This document shows, one piece after another, positions 38,833 to 48,481 of a stretch of 64,000 nt of DNA. Source of the stretch: a virus. Each line of letters opens with the position of its first letter. Positions within the stretch are counted from its first letter, which is position 1. The translations under genes and the position numbers were made by a program. The notes beneath the pieces were generated by a model that made no database searches, was not told where the DNA came from, and saw only the letters and a list, made by a program, of their open reading frames with translations. The stretch is taken from IMG/VR virus record IMGVR_UViG_3300032893_000017, positions 33,319 to 97,318 of that record; one strand, given 5' to 3'.

Positions 38833-41396
38833 ATATCTATTCTCCTTTTCTTATTCCAAGATTCATCTATATCTGTTATCTCCGCTTCAAATGAAAGAGG
38901 AACAATAATCCATTTCCAATACTCTCTAATATCTTGTTCTATTATTTGCTTAACTCTTTTTAAAATCATATTCTTTTCTTTTGGATATAAATCAAAAACA
39001 ATACTATCATGAATTTGTCCAATTATCTTTGTCTTAAGATTATTTTGCTTAATATACTTATTTATTTGAATTAAACTCCACAGCAAACAATGAAAAGCTG
39101 CTCCTTGTATAGGATAATTTAGAACATCATTTCTTCCCATTGGAGCATAGCATTTGAAACCTGTTTTTAATTCTACAAATCCATCTTCATTATATTGATT
39201 TAATATTTCGCTTTTCCATTCTGTATATCGAACAAATTTCTTATACCAGAAATTATTTTCTATCTTCTCTATATGTTTTTGAAACCTTTTAATATCTCCT
39301 AATTTCTTCTCCCTCAACATTTCCTTCTGTTCTTTATCTAACATTTCCCATATATTTTGGGTTACATCTCCTGCACCTATTTTCTCATGCTCTTCTTTAA
39401 ATATTCTACAAGTAGATCCATAGAATTCTGGAAACACAAAACCGTTTTTAGCAATATATCTTAATCTTTTTGTTACTTCCTTATCTTTCAATATAAATAT
39501 TTCTTTTGCCATATCCCTGTGCATATCTGTATTCTTATCAGTAACATATTTTATCATTACAGGATCTTTGTGGTAGCAAACAGAAATTGCAACTTCAATA
39601 GCTTTTAGATCAACCTCTAATAATTGATTCCCTCTACTAGGAAACAGAAGACCTCTTATTAGATTGTTTGCATATTCATTTCTTACGGGAATATTTTGAA
39701 AGTTTGGATCTGAAGAAGAACTACGAAAAGTTTTTACTGTATGTAAATTAAAATTTGGATATATATAATAATCTCCATTTTCTTTTCTTATTGCTTCTCT
39801 TTCAAATTGACCTAAAAATGTATCTCTTATCTTCATTAGATTTCTATATTCTAAAATGTTATTTGTTATTATAGAATTTATTTTTGCTAAAGAATGCTTA
39901 TCTGTACTTGCTTCTTTTGCCTTAGCTGTCTTTTTACCTACTTCTACTTTCATACTTTTTAATAATTCTCTCATTTGCTTTGATGAACTACTGTTGAAAT
40001 CCTTTTCTAACTTTAATGATTTTACTTCCTTTGCATTCTGAATCTTTTTATCTATCTCATCTATTTTCTTTGCCAATATTTTATATTGTTCTTCATATCC
40101 TTTATAATTGAATCTTATTCCATTTGTCTGCATCTCTGCAAACGCAATTATCCCATCTCTAAAGAATTTTATAGATTCCTTATCTGAAGATTGTATTTCC
40201 TTTCTTTGCTTTAAATATAATCTAAAAGTTAAATCACTATCCATTCCACAGTAGTAGAATAACTTCTCTTTAGGTGCTTGTTTTATATTATTAAAAGCAT
40301 TCGATGATTTCTCTTTTGATTTTAAATAAAAATTCATTTCTGAATCATATCCACATACACCAAAATAAATGTAACTTAGATATTTTAACCCATTACCTAT
40401 TCTATTATCTAATACATGGTTAGTAACCATTGTATCCCACCACCACCCATTGATATTTACTCCTAATATCTTATTTGACCATTGATGCTCGAATTTTAAA
40501 TTATGAGCTATCTTTTTTATCTCTGGATCTTCTAATATTCTTTTTAATTCTTTTTTAAATAATTTATCTTCAAATATCTCAAATACTTTTACTTCCTTAC
40601 CATTACAAATAGATATACATATAATTTCATGTCCTTCTTTATGGGGTTTAATACCTGTAGTCTCATAATCAAATACTATTGTATCCTTCTTTTTTATAGA
40701 AGAAAGAAATCTCATTGTTTGATTATAATCATTCTTTATATCTATTTCTTTTGGAATAAACATAGAAAATTCTGTTGAATAACTTACTGCTTGATATAAT
40801 GTAGAAGAAAAAAGTTCTTTTAGAATAACATCATTCTCATTTCTTAATATATAAGCTGGATGAAAATCTGGAAATATAAAACATTTAAAATCTTGATCTG
40901 GTATTACTTGCCCAAACCAATTATCAATTGTACCTATTTTTATTTTATTTCCAATTAATCCTTGTAATGCTGTTTTTCCAAGTGTTATTATTTTTTCTGG
41001 TTTTAATTCTTCTACTACTTTCATTAAATTAAATCTACAGTAGTTTATCTGAGCATTGGTTGGAGAAACATTGTTTTTAGGTCTACAAATACAGGTATTA
41101 GTAATCCAACAATCTTTCTCCATATCTATACCATAACTTGAAAGGGTAGTTCTTAATAATTGTCCACTTCTACCTATAAAAGGAATTCCTTGTTCATCTT
41201 CCTCTCTACCTGGTGCTTCTCCCACTATCAAAATCTTTTTCTTACCATAGCCATAAACTTTCATTTTAGGACTTAAACAGTTTTTATATAAACCACATTT
41301 TTCACAATCATCTTTAAGAACTTTTTTCTTTTTCTCTTTATCAGCTATTTTCTTTTTTTTGGGATTTTCTATAACATCAAAAAGAAATCCTTTCAT
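38829..41396 (-). CDS. polA: Family A DNA polymerase with N-terminal uracil-DNA glycosylase domain and 3'-5' exonuclease (SPO1-type architecture)
   Basis: CEKC..GEAPG..E..G.PF.G.SG..CRP..HPAY (family 4 UDG); DYETTG, HNLKF; RSSSSDPNFQN, DLKAIE, R..AK...F...YG, NYPIQG, QIHDS. Confidence 0.92.
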   Translation of the reverse strand: MKGFLFDVIENPKKKKIADKEKKKKVLKDDCEKCGLYKNCLSPKMKVYGYGKKKILIVGEAPGREEDEQGIPFIGRSGQLLRTTLSSYGIDMEKDCWITNTCICRPKNNVSPTNAQINYCRFNLMKVVEELKPEKIITLGKTALQGLIGNKIKIGTIDNWFGQVIPDQDFKCFIFPDFHPAYILRNENDVILKELFSSTLYQAVSYSTEFSMFIPKEIDIKNDYNQTMRFLSSIKKKDTIVFDYETTGIKPHKEGHEIICISICNGKEVKVFEIFEDKLFKKELKRILEDPEIKKIAHNLKFEHQWSNKILGVNINGWWWDTMVTNHVLDNRIGNGLKYLSYIYFGVCGYDSEMNFYLKSKEKSSNAFNNIKQAPKEKLFYYCGMDSDLTFRLYLKQRKEIQSSDKESIKFFRDGIIAFAEMQTNGIRFNYKGYEEQYKILAKKIDEIDKKIQNAKEVKSLKLEKDFNSSSSKQMRELLKSMKVEVGKKTAKAKEASTDKHSLAKINSIITNNILEYRNLMKIRDTFLGQFEREAIRKENGDYYIYPNFNLHTVKTFRSSSSDPNFQNIPVRNEYANNLIRGLLFPSRGNQLLEVDLKAIEVAISVCYHKDPVMIKYVTDKNTDMHRDMAKEIFILKDKEVTKRLRYIAKNGFVFPEFYGSTCRIFKEEHEKIGAGDVTQNIWEMLDKEQKEMLREKKLGDIKRFQKHIEKIENNFWYKKFVRYTEWKSEILNQYNEDGFVELKTGFKCYAPMGRNDVLNYPIQGAAFHCLLWSLIQINKYIKQNNLKTKIIGQIHDSIVFDLYPKEKNMILKRVKQIIEQDIREYWKWIIVPLSFEAEITDIDESWNKKRRIDI

Positions 41397-42430
41397 TATT
41401 CCTCCAACCTTTTCACAACAAACAGATGAAGAAAATTATCATTCCTAAAAATCATTAAATTATCTTCAATAAAAAACCTATTACATTTCTGCATTATCTC
41501 TGCAAAGAATACTGGATTAATAAAGAAACAAATTTCATTTTTAATTCCTTCAAAAGGAATCATATATTTAATAGTTCCTAATCTTCCTTCTCCTTCACAT
41601 TTTATACAATCATGAGATAATATTATTTTAATCTTCTTATCAAAAATAACTTCGTCATCTAAAATAAGAGAAGCAAAATCAATTCCTTTTATTATTTCTT
41701 TTGTCATTAAAATTGATTTTTTCTTTGCTTCAAAGAATGAAAAATATTTTCCATAATCTACTCCATCACTATTGGAATGAAGGAATGAGAAAAGAATGTC
41801 TTTTTCCTTATTTAAAAAACAAACAATATTATCTTTAATAAAATAATTTACTGCTTCCATTTTTACCAATTCTTTTGCTATTGAAAAAGGAATAATAAAA
41901 TTACCAAAACTTTTTTCTAATCTATATATACTCATTCTCAAAGAATCTGTAGAATAAATACAATCTTCTCTTATAAAGATATTATTTAATCCCTGTTTTG
42001 AATCATTACTACAAGTAAACAAACAAGAAGATATTGCTCCCTTAAACTCTTTAGGTAAATCTATTATTTCTACTTCTGTAAAATCTATATCAAAATCAAT
42101 ATCTTTTATTCTTTCCATTGGTTCTGTATTATTTGCTAATTCTATTTTCTTCCCTTTTGCTTTTATTACTATCTTATCTTCTACCATAGATATGTCTATG
42201 ATATCATTTTCTATTTTTTCTATAATTGAAATAAATTCTTTTCCCTTTACACAAAAAAACATATTATCTTTCTTCTGCATTTTTAGAATAATCTGAACAT
42301 TACCATTATATAATATAAACATATTATTCTTGAAAAAAAGATAATCCCCAAAATCTTTTATATCTTTATCTGTTAGAAATGTCTTAAAGATCTTTAAACT
42401 TTTTTGTAAATCTGCATTTTCTATTCTCAC
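41396..42430 (-). CDS. Sliding clamp (beta-clamp-like)
   Basis: About 340 aa with STDSLRMS and INPVFF motifs; next to the polymerase and clamp loader. Confidence 0.7.
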   Translation of the reverse strand: MRIENADLQKSLKIFKTFLTDKDIKDFGDYLFFKNNMFILYNGNVQIILKMQKKDNMFFCVKGKEFISIIEKIENDIIDISMVEDKIVIKAKGKKIELANNTEPMERIKDIDFDIDFTEVEIIDLPKEFKGAISSCLFTCSNDSKQGLNNIFIREDCIYSTDSLRMSIYRLEKSFGNFIIPFSIAKELVKMEAVNYFIKDNIVCFLNKEKDILFSFLHSNSDGVDYGKYFSFFEAKKKSILMTKEIIKGIDFASLILDDEVIFDKKIKIILSHDCIKCEGEGRLGTIKYMIPFEGIKNEICFFINPVFFAEIMQKCNRFFIEDNLMIFRNDNFLHLFVVKRLEE

Positions 42431-42439
42431 ATTCTCTCC

Positions 42440-43639
42440 TTAGAATAAACTTAATTCATGCTTATTATTTGTAATGTTATAACCTAGCAGTGTCCTGTTC
42501 TCTTCTATTATCTCTAAAGGATTGGAACTTTCAAAACACTTATCTATTAACTGAAATATCTTATATTGATTTTCTAAAATCTTTTTATAAAAAGATCCTT
42601 GTCCCATATTTATAAAATTCTCTATCTTTTCTTTGAATTGAATAAAAGTATATAAATTATGCATCCCTAAAAAATAATAAAATTCACTTTTATTTCCTTC
42701 ATGAAATATCTTGTATAAATCTTTTATTGTTAATAAACTACATACAGGGCATTTACAGGGCATTTCTGTATGATTCAAATCTGTTACTTTTATATCTCGA
42801 GTAAAACATATCCCTGACATTCCATTTAAACTCTGAAATAAATTATAATTTCCCATAGAAGCAGATAATGAATAACTACTGGAATCAAAAGAAATAGTCA
42901 AGTTAATATTATTCTCATTTAATTTCTTTTGAAGATAATAAATATACATTAAGGTATCTATAGTAGTAAGACCTAAGAAATGTAGTAACTTTACTTCTTT
43001 ATCTTTTCTGTTCGCATATTTCTTGAAAAGTCCTCTTTCTTTTAAAAAAAAGAAACTTAACAAACTGTTATAAACAGGCTGTCTTCCTACACTTCCTATT
43101 GCCAATCCACCCTCAAAATCAAAATCTTTTATTCCTTGCCACCATAATTTCAAATGCTTAATACTTCGACCTTGAAGAACATTCAGAAACTTTGTTTTTC
43201 CCATTTTATTTTTATAGAAGAATTCAAAATTCTTAAGACTAATCTCCAATTTTTTCTTAAAGTTATCATCACAGTGATTTCCTTCTTTTCCATAAGGAGG
43301 GAAATCTATATTAAGAGCATAGTTTGTATTATTTTCTAACCATTCAAATATTTCACTTACAATCTTATCTGAATATTTTAAAACATTAGTTGCTAACTGA
43401 TATCCTCCACTGTCTCCTAGCACTATGCTGGTCTTATAATTTATATCAAATCTTTTTCTTATATTCTTTTTATAAAAATGTCCAGCTGTAATTAAAAAAT
43501 AAGGATAATTAAAAATCTTTTCTCTTTTATCACTTGTACCATAAAACTTAAAAGATTTATCTTTATAACAAAAGTCATTCTCAAAAATTGCACAAACAAA
43601 TCCACTTATCGCAGGAAAAAAGATTGTCTTATTATTCAT
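42440..43639 (-). CDS. dpdA: DpdA-family guanine transglycosylase (TGT fold, 7-deazaguanine insertion into DNA)
   Basis: GDSGGYQ, IDFPP, NVLQG, LHFLG, SFDSSS, CxCxxC..HN zinc site; within the que cluster. Confidence 0.85.
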   Translation of the reverse strand: MNNKTIFFPAISGFVCAIFENDFCYKDKSFKFYGTSDKREKIFNYPYFLITAGHFYKKNIRKRFDINYKTSIVLGDSGGYQLATNVLKYSDKIVSEIFEWLENNTNYALNIDFPPYGKEGNHCDDNFKKKLEISLKNFEFFYKNKMGKTKFLNVLQGRSIKHLKLWWQGIKDFDFEGGLAIGSVGRQPVYNSLLSFFFLKERGLFKKYANRKDKEVKLLHFLGLTTIDTLMYIYYLQKKLNENNINLTISFDSSSYSLSASMGNYNLFQSLNGMSGICFTRDIKVTDLNHTEMPCKCPVCSLLTIKDLYKIFHEGNKSEFYYFLGMHNLYTFIQFKEKIENFINMGQGSFYKKILENQYKIFQLIDKCFESSNPLEIIEENRTLLGYNITNNKHELSLF

Positions 43640-44648
43640 TATTCACTTCCTTAAAAATATCATCAATTCTGCAATACTTCTCTTCTAAAAATATTTTATT
43701 ATTATTCATTTGAGGAATAAACATATCATAATTATTTAATCTGTATAAAATATATTCTATCAATTGATCTTTATACCTAGAATAATTATTAAAACTTATC
43801 GTCCAATCAGAAGGATATAAAAATGCTTCATTATACATTTCTGGATAGCTTAATCTATTAGGTACACATGGAATAGCATCTAAATATAATCCTTCGAATA
43901 TTCCTATTCCCCATGTTTCTTGAAGAGAAGCAGAAAATACTATTTTACTTCTTGCTAATATTTGATGATACCCTTGCTTTGTAAGTTGAGACTTTTGACA
44001 AAATATTACTTCTACATCTTGTAATCCTTTTGCTAAATCTTCTAATATTTCTGGTTGCTTTTCTTTTGATATCCTATGAGGAAAAACAATTGTATCTGTT
44101 TTTTTAGCATATCTAAATTCATCCAATTCTTTGAAGTAATAAGGTAACCCTGTTACTATTACTTTTTTACTTACTACTGAAGAAAAATATCTTAAAATCA
44201 ATTTCTGATGATAAACAGTTGCAACAAATGATTTATCTAAATTCTGAAGTAAAGCTTCTTCAAAAAAACGAAAATATTTAAAAGAATCTCCTAATAAATC
44301 ATTTACATCATAACTTCCAGCATGCCATATTCCATAGATCTTTATCTTTTTTTGATTTAACCGTGCCATATATCTTAATGCTATTATACCATAGTGCCAT
44401 GCATCTAGAAATAAAAACTTATCTCCATCATTTATCTTTCCCTCTTTAAACAAATTGGAAAGTTGAATTATTTGTTCTGATTTCCAAATATTAGTCTGGG
44501 ATGGATCTAAGAAATTTTTTCCATTTAATTCCTCTGTACTTTTTGTTCCTTCTATTTTTTTAGAATAAGGAAATACATCATAGAACCACCTTCTCCATTG
44601 TGAAGTATATCTAGTTTCTAACTCTTCTAAATAAACAATGTACAGCAT
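43632..44648 (-). CDS. GT-B glycosyltransferase (GTDC1/QTMAN-like motifs)
   Basis: WHAGSYD, FPHRISKEKQPE, QETWGIGIFEG, PNRLSYPEMY. Confidence 0.8.
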   Translation of the reverse strand: MLYIVYLEELETRYTSQWRRWFYDVFPYSKKIEGTKSTEELNGKNFLDPSQTNIWKSEQIIQLSNLFKEGKINDGDKFLFLDAWHYGIIALRYMARLNQKKIKIYGIWHAGSYDVNDLLGDSFKYFRFFEEALLQNLDKSFVATVYHQKLILRYFSSVVSKKVIVTGLPYYFKELDEFRYAKKTDTIVFPHRISKEKQPEILEDLAKGLQDVEVIFCQKSQLTKQGYHQILARSKIVFSASLQETWGIGIFEGLYLDAIPCVPNRLSYPEMYNEAFLYPSDWTISFNNYSRYKDQLIEYILYRLNNYDMFIPQMNNNKIFLEEKYCRIDDIFKEVNNE

Positions 44649-45593
44649 TTATAATCCCTTCTTAAACTTAACTAAATCTGCTAGGAAGGATTGCAATAAT
44701 AATATAGGACTTCTATAGTAACAACTCTTACACTTCCAAGAAAGCCCTTTTCCTTTCCTGTGTTTCTTTCTTAATTCTTGAATAGTTTTTGATTCCCATA
44801 TTTCCAGCAAATCTTGTTTATATAAATTCCCTAAAGGCAAATGTTTCATAAAATCAAAGCAGCATGGAACTACTGTTCCATCATTTTTTATAGAAACAGA
44901 TAAAAAAGGATTTAAACATATATCCCTTTCTCTTTTAAAATTTGATTTCTCATTCCTATTTTCTATAAAACAATCGTCAACATATCTTATAAAGATATTT
45001 TTTTTATCAAATCTTTTTATAAATAATTCTAATCTCTTTTTACTTGCAAAGAAAGTATTCTTTGTCCACTTTGTTAATAATAATTGAATATATACCATTA
45101 CCTCTTTATTTATATTCTCAAGGAAATAAGTAAGATTTAAAATAAAAGTATTCCATTTTTGAGGATACCTAGATATTTCATATTCTTTTTCATTAAAAGT
45201 ATCAAATGAAATTGTAATTGCATCAAGTATATTAAATACTCTCATATCTACAAGTGATAGATTTGTAGATAATCCTACCATTGTAGAAGTATTTTTTATT
45301 TTCTGTACAATTTTTTCAATATGAGCATCTAACATTGGTTCCCCTGCCATCTGCAACTCCACATAAGGAGTATTTCTTAAATAATTCTTTTCTATAATCA
45401 TATCTAAAAGTTTCATATCAATAAAACCTTTATTTTTTATATCCTTATTTAAACAAGCAGGGCATTTCAAATTACAAACATCTGTAACCTCTATTTGATA
45501 AATATATGGATAAGTAACATTATGCATAAAATTAAGTTTATCTTCAAAATATTTATTCATATTCCTTCCTACTTCCATTCTCATTATCCTCAC
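44649..45593 (-). CDS. Radical SAM / SPASM-domain protein
   Basis: CNLKCPAC, GEPML; CLNPF..DGTVVPCC..LGNL..IW..CKSC. Confidence 0.9.
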   Translation of the reverse strand: MRIMRMEVGRNMNKYFEDKLNFMHNVTYPYIYQIEVTDVCNLKCPACLNKDIKNKGFIDMKLLDMIIEKNYLRNTPYVELQMAGEPMLDAHIEKIVQKIKNTSTMVGLSTNLSLVDMRVFNILDAITISFDTFNEKEYEISRYPQKWNTFILNLTYFLENINKEVMVYIQLLLTKWTKNTFFASKKRLELFIKRFDKKNIFIRYVDDCFIENRNEKSNFKRERDICLNPFLSVSIKNDGTVVPCCFDFMKHLPLGNLYKQDLLEIWESKTIQELRKKHRKGKGLSWKCKSCYYRSPILLLQSFLADLVKFKKGL

Positions 45594-45882
45594 TTACCTC
45601 TATTATTATTTTTCTATTTGGATACTGTGTATGAATCTTTAGATGCAAATTATCGCTTATCATTTCACAGGACATATTATTAAAATTAGTTGTCTTAATA
45701 ACTCCTTCACAAAAATGCTTAAACTCAATAAATTCTATATCTCTATCCTCATGAAAGACTTCTAAATATACTTTTGCATGAAAAATATGTCGATGGGTAT
45801 ATCTTAAAAAAGAAACTTCTTCTGGAGCATAGGGATAGCAATGGAATCCTTCAAAGCTAAAAGTAATCCAAACATAATTCAT
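45553..45882 (-). CDS. dpdL: QueD paralogue, DpdL-like (predicted CDG decarboxylase)
   Basis: T-fold size; FEGFH, LRYTHRHIF (LxxxHRHxF in place of QueD CxxxHGH), SCEM, VSEDNENG. Confidence 0.65.
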   Translation of the reverse strand: MNYVWITFSFEGFHCYPYAPEEVSFLRYTHRHIFHAKVYLEVFHEDRDIEFIEFKHFCEGVIKTTNFNNMSCEMISDNLHLKIHTQYPNRKIIIEVSEDNENGSRKEYE

Positions 45883-45883
45883 T

Positions 45884-46810
45884 TTATCTCCTTATTAAGT
45901 TTAAAAATTCATTTCTTACTTCTGTTTTTTCAAAAACCCCTCTAATTGCTGAAGTTGTCATTTCTGCATCTTGGGATTTTATTCCTCTTGATATCATGCA
46001 GAGATGCTTTGCTTCTACTAAAACCATTACACCTTTTGGTTGCAAATATTCCATTAAACAGTCAGCTATTTGTGCTGTCATTTTTTCTTGTATCTGTAAC
46101 CTTCTAGCAAATATTTCAACAAGCCTCGCTAACTTACTCAAACCAATAACTCTTTTATCAGGTATATATCCTAAAAAGCATTGACCAAAGAAAGGCTGCA
46201 AGTGATGCTCGCAGTTAGAATAGAAATTTATGCTCTTCAAAACCACCATTTCATTACATGCACCCTCTTCAAAAGTTGTCATTATTTCTTTTGGATCCAT
46301 TTTATATCCTGCATACAATTCATTCCAACTCTTTATTATTCTTCTTGGAGTTTCTTTCAATCCCTCTCTATTTGGATCTTCTCCAATATACTCTAATTGT
46401 CTTATTATATTATCTTCTATATCATTTTCTTTTTCAAATGGAAACTGTATCCATCTATCTATCGTTTCGACATAATAATCAACTTTATCTATATTTTTAT
46501 TTTTTAAAAATAAAACTGCTTTATCGTAATCACGAAACATTCCTAAAGTCTTTCCTGAATCTATCACATCGTCTATTATTAAAACTTCATCTTTCGGAAA
46601 ATCTATAACTTTATTTAAATCATTTTCAATTTCCAATTCCAAATATTTATTCATCTCTTGTGCAACAAATAAACCATTCTTTGGAATTGGATACAAATAC
46701 TTATATTTATCTTTAGATATTTGAAAAGCCAATATCCTACATAATCTTTTAAACTCTGGATAATCTATCTCATATTTATTAACTTGTGACATTGTAAACC
46801 TAACCTCCAA
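45884..46810 (-). CDS. folE: Phosphoribosyltransferase - GTP cyclohydrolase I fusion
   Basis: N-term IIDDVIDSGKT and WIQFPFE (Gpt-like PRTase); C-term REGLKETPRR, CEHH, GLSKLAR, QE, HLCM..RG; start may be 46792. Confidence 0.9.
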   Translation of the reverse strand: MEVRFTMSQVNKYEIDYPEFKRLCRILAFQISKDKYKYLYPIPKNGLFVAQEMNKYLELEIENDLNKVIDFPKDEVLIIDDVIDSGKTLGMFRDYDKAVLFLKNKNIDKVDYYVETIDRWIQFPFEKENDIEDNIIRQLEYIGEDPNREGLKETPRRIIKSWNELYAGYKMDPKEIMTTFEEGACNEMVVLKSINFYSNCEHHLQPFFGQCFLGYIPDKRVIGLSKLARLVEIFARRLQIQEKMTAQIADCLMEYLQPKGVMVLVEAKHLCMISRGIKSQDAEMTTSAIRGVFEKTEVRNEFLNLIRR

Positions 46811-47349
46811 CCTTTTATATTCATAATCATATCAATAAATTCTTTTTTATTTGATTCTGGCTGTAAATAAAAATATTTTATTTTATAAAATTCTGAAACT
46901 TTATCTCTATAATAATTCAATTCTTTTATTTCTTGCCCATAATAAACCATTTTTAATTCATCACAAAATAACTGTTTGAAATCCCGATTTTTTGGACTTA
47001 ATGTTATCCAATCCAAATACTGCAAAAGATCATCTAACTTTTTATTTCCATTTGTTTCTAGAAATAAGTAATATTTATTTAATTTTAAAAATCTTAATAA
47101 ATCAACATCTATCTGTAATGTTGGTTCTCCTCCCGTTAAAACTATCTTGTCTGTTTCATATTTTTTAATTTCTTCCAAAATCATTTCCTTGGAGAACTGT
47201 GAACCTGCAAAATGGTCCGTATCACAATAACCACATTTCTCATCACATCCGGCAAATCTTAGAAATACACATTTTTCTCCAGTATTGGCACCTTCACCTT
47301 GAGCAGAAAAAAATATTTCATTTATTATATACATTAAATTACCCTCCAT
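46765..47349 (-). CDS. queE: 7-carboxy-7-deazaguanine synthase
   Basis: EIFFSAQGEG, FLRFAGCDEKCGYCDT, TGGEP, ETNG, SPK, LQP; start probably 47334. Confidence 0.9.
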   Translation of the reverse strand: MEGNLMYIINEIFFSAQGEGANTGEKCVFLRFAGCDEKCGYCDTDHFAGSQFSKEMILEEIKKYETDKIVLTGGEPTLQIDVDLLRFLKLNKYYLFLETNGNKKLDDLLQYLDWITLSPKNRDFKQLFCDELKMVYYGQEIKELNYYRDKVSEFYKIKYFYLQPESNKKEFIDMIMNIKGWRLGLQCHKLINMR

Positions 47350-47666
47350 TCTTCAAGTGATACAAATATTTGCTTTTCATATCCTTGAAACTTCATTACC
47401 ATTCCTTTCTCTATAATCTCTTCTTTTGTTAAAGTATAATTATCAAACATTACTATATCTTTGTCTCTAAGTTTTTCCAGAATTAATTCAGAAACTCCAA
47501 ACATCTCCTCTCCAGTTATTCTATTCGTAAAAGATTGAGGATTGTTTTTAACATAGTATTTTATTCCTTTTCTTTCAAAGAAACTTCCTATCTTTCTTTT
47601 TCTACCATTTTCGTTTTCTAATTCTAAAAAAACATTATTGTCTTTTATTGTTAGTTTATTTGACAT
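47334..47666 (-). CDS. Hypothetical protein
   Basis: Coupled ORF inside the que cluster. Confidence 0.5.
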   Translation of the reverse strand: MSNKLTIKDNNVFLELENENGRKRKIGSFFERKGIKYYVKNNPQSFTNRITGEEMFGVSELILEKLRDKDIVMFDNYTLTKEEIIEKGMVMKFQGYEKQIFVSLEEWRVI

Positions 47667-48046
47667 TAAAAATCTCCTACTTCTGCATAGGTCTTTTTTC
47701 CTACTGATGTCTCATAAAATCTAACTTTAAATTGAAGTTCAGAATTTCTATTTTTAAAAAACCTATATATATCCAAACATAAATTCTCTGCGGTTGGATT
47801 AATATTTTTATAATCTATATCCTTATTCGAACACTCATTCAAACATTTATGATCAAACTGTTCTTTTATTGATTTAATATTATTAAAATCAAAAAGCATT
47901 CCTGTTTCATTTAGCTGACTTTCATCTCCTTTAATCCAAAGTCTTATTAACCCTGAATGCCCATGGAGGTTTTTGCAATTCCCTTCATAGCCACGTAAAT
48001 AATGAGCATAGTCAATTACTGTCTCGGTGTAAACTGTTATTAGCAT
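47666..48046 (-). CDS. queD: 6-carboxytetrahydropterin synthase
   Basis: AH..CKNLHGH, DF, FDHKCLN, PTAEN, YET. Confidence 0.9.
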   Translation of the reverse strand: MLITVYTETVIDYAHYLRGYEGNCKNLHGHSGLIRLWIKGDESQLNETGMLFDFNNIKSIKEQFDHKCLNECSNKDIDYKNINPTAENLCLDIYRFFKNRNSELQFKVRFYETSVGKKTYAEVGDF

Positions 48047-48207
48047 CTTTATCTCCTTGTATAATACCTTTGTATTCTACACATCTGTCACATCTTTTGC
48101 ATATTTCTTTCCTATAACATTTCATCTCTGTTATACTACAAATATTTTCCCTTGGTACTCTTGCTTCTACTCTATTAAACTTTCGCATTGTTTTTCCTAT
48201 TTAACAA

Positions 48208-48438
48208 TTATAACTCTTCCTCTATCTTTTCAAATAAATCTATTGAATATGAAAATTTTATATTCTTATCATCCATAACATTAATTGAATACATATTTCC
48301 TAAATAAGAATAAAGACATTCCTTAGATATTATATTATATATCTTTCCATAAGTTAATTGTCCTTCATAATTTTTATTTATACATCTTACTTTATCACCT
48401 TGATTTAAACTTTCAAAACTTTTTATATTATCTTCCAT
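48208..48438 (-). CDS. Small SH3/KOW-like protein, apparently leaderless
   Basis: GDKVRCI..LTYGKIY; ATG lies 5 nt after the TATAAT of a repeated promoter. Confidence 0.6.
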   Translation of the reverse strand: MEDNIKSFESLNQGDKVRCINKNYEGQLTYGKIYNIISKECLYSYLGNMYSINVMDDKNIKFSYSIDLFEKIEEEL

Positions 48439-48443
48439 ATTTA

Positions 48444-48475
48444 ATTATATAACCTTTATTAACAATTTGTAACAA
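48444..48475 (-). promoter_or_regulatory. Phage promoter motif (copy 4), upstream of the que/dpd operon
   Basis: 48438-48484 is identical over 47 bp to 19403-19449. Confidence 0.75.
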
Positions 48476-48481
48476 GAAATT

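Noticed and set aside
42440-43639. Ordinary tRNA-guanine transglycosylase for queuosine synthesis
   Set aside because: Divergent from bacterial Tgt, no queC/queF/queA in the window, and the position beside the clamp and DNA polymerase favours a DNA-acting DpdA
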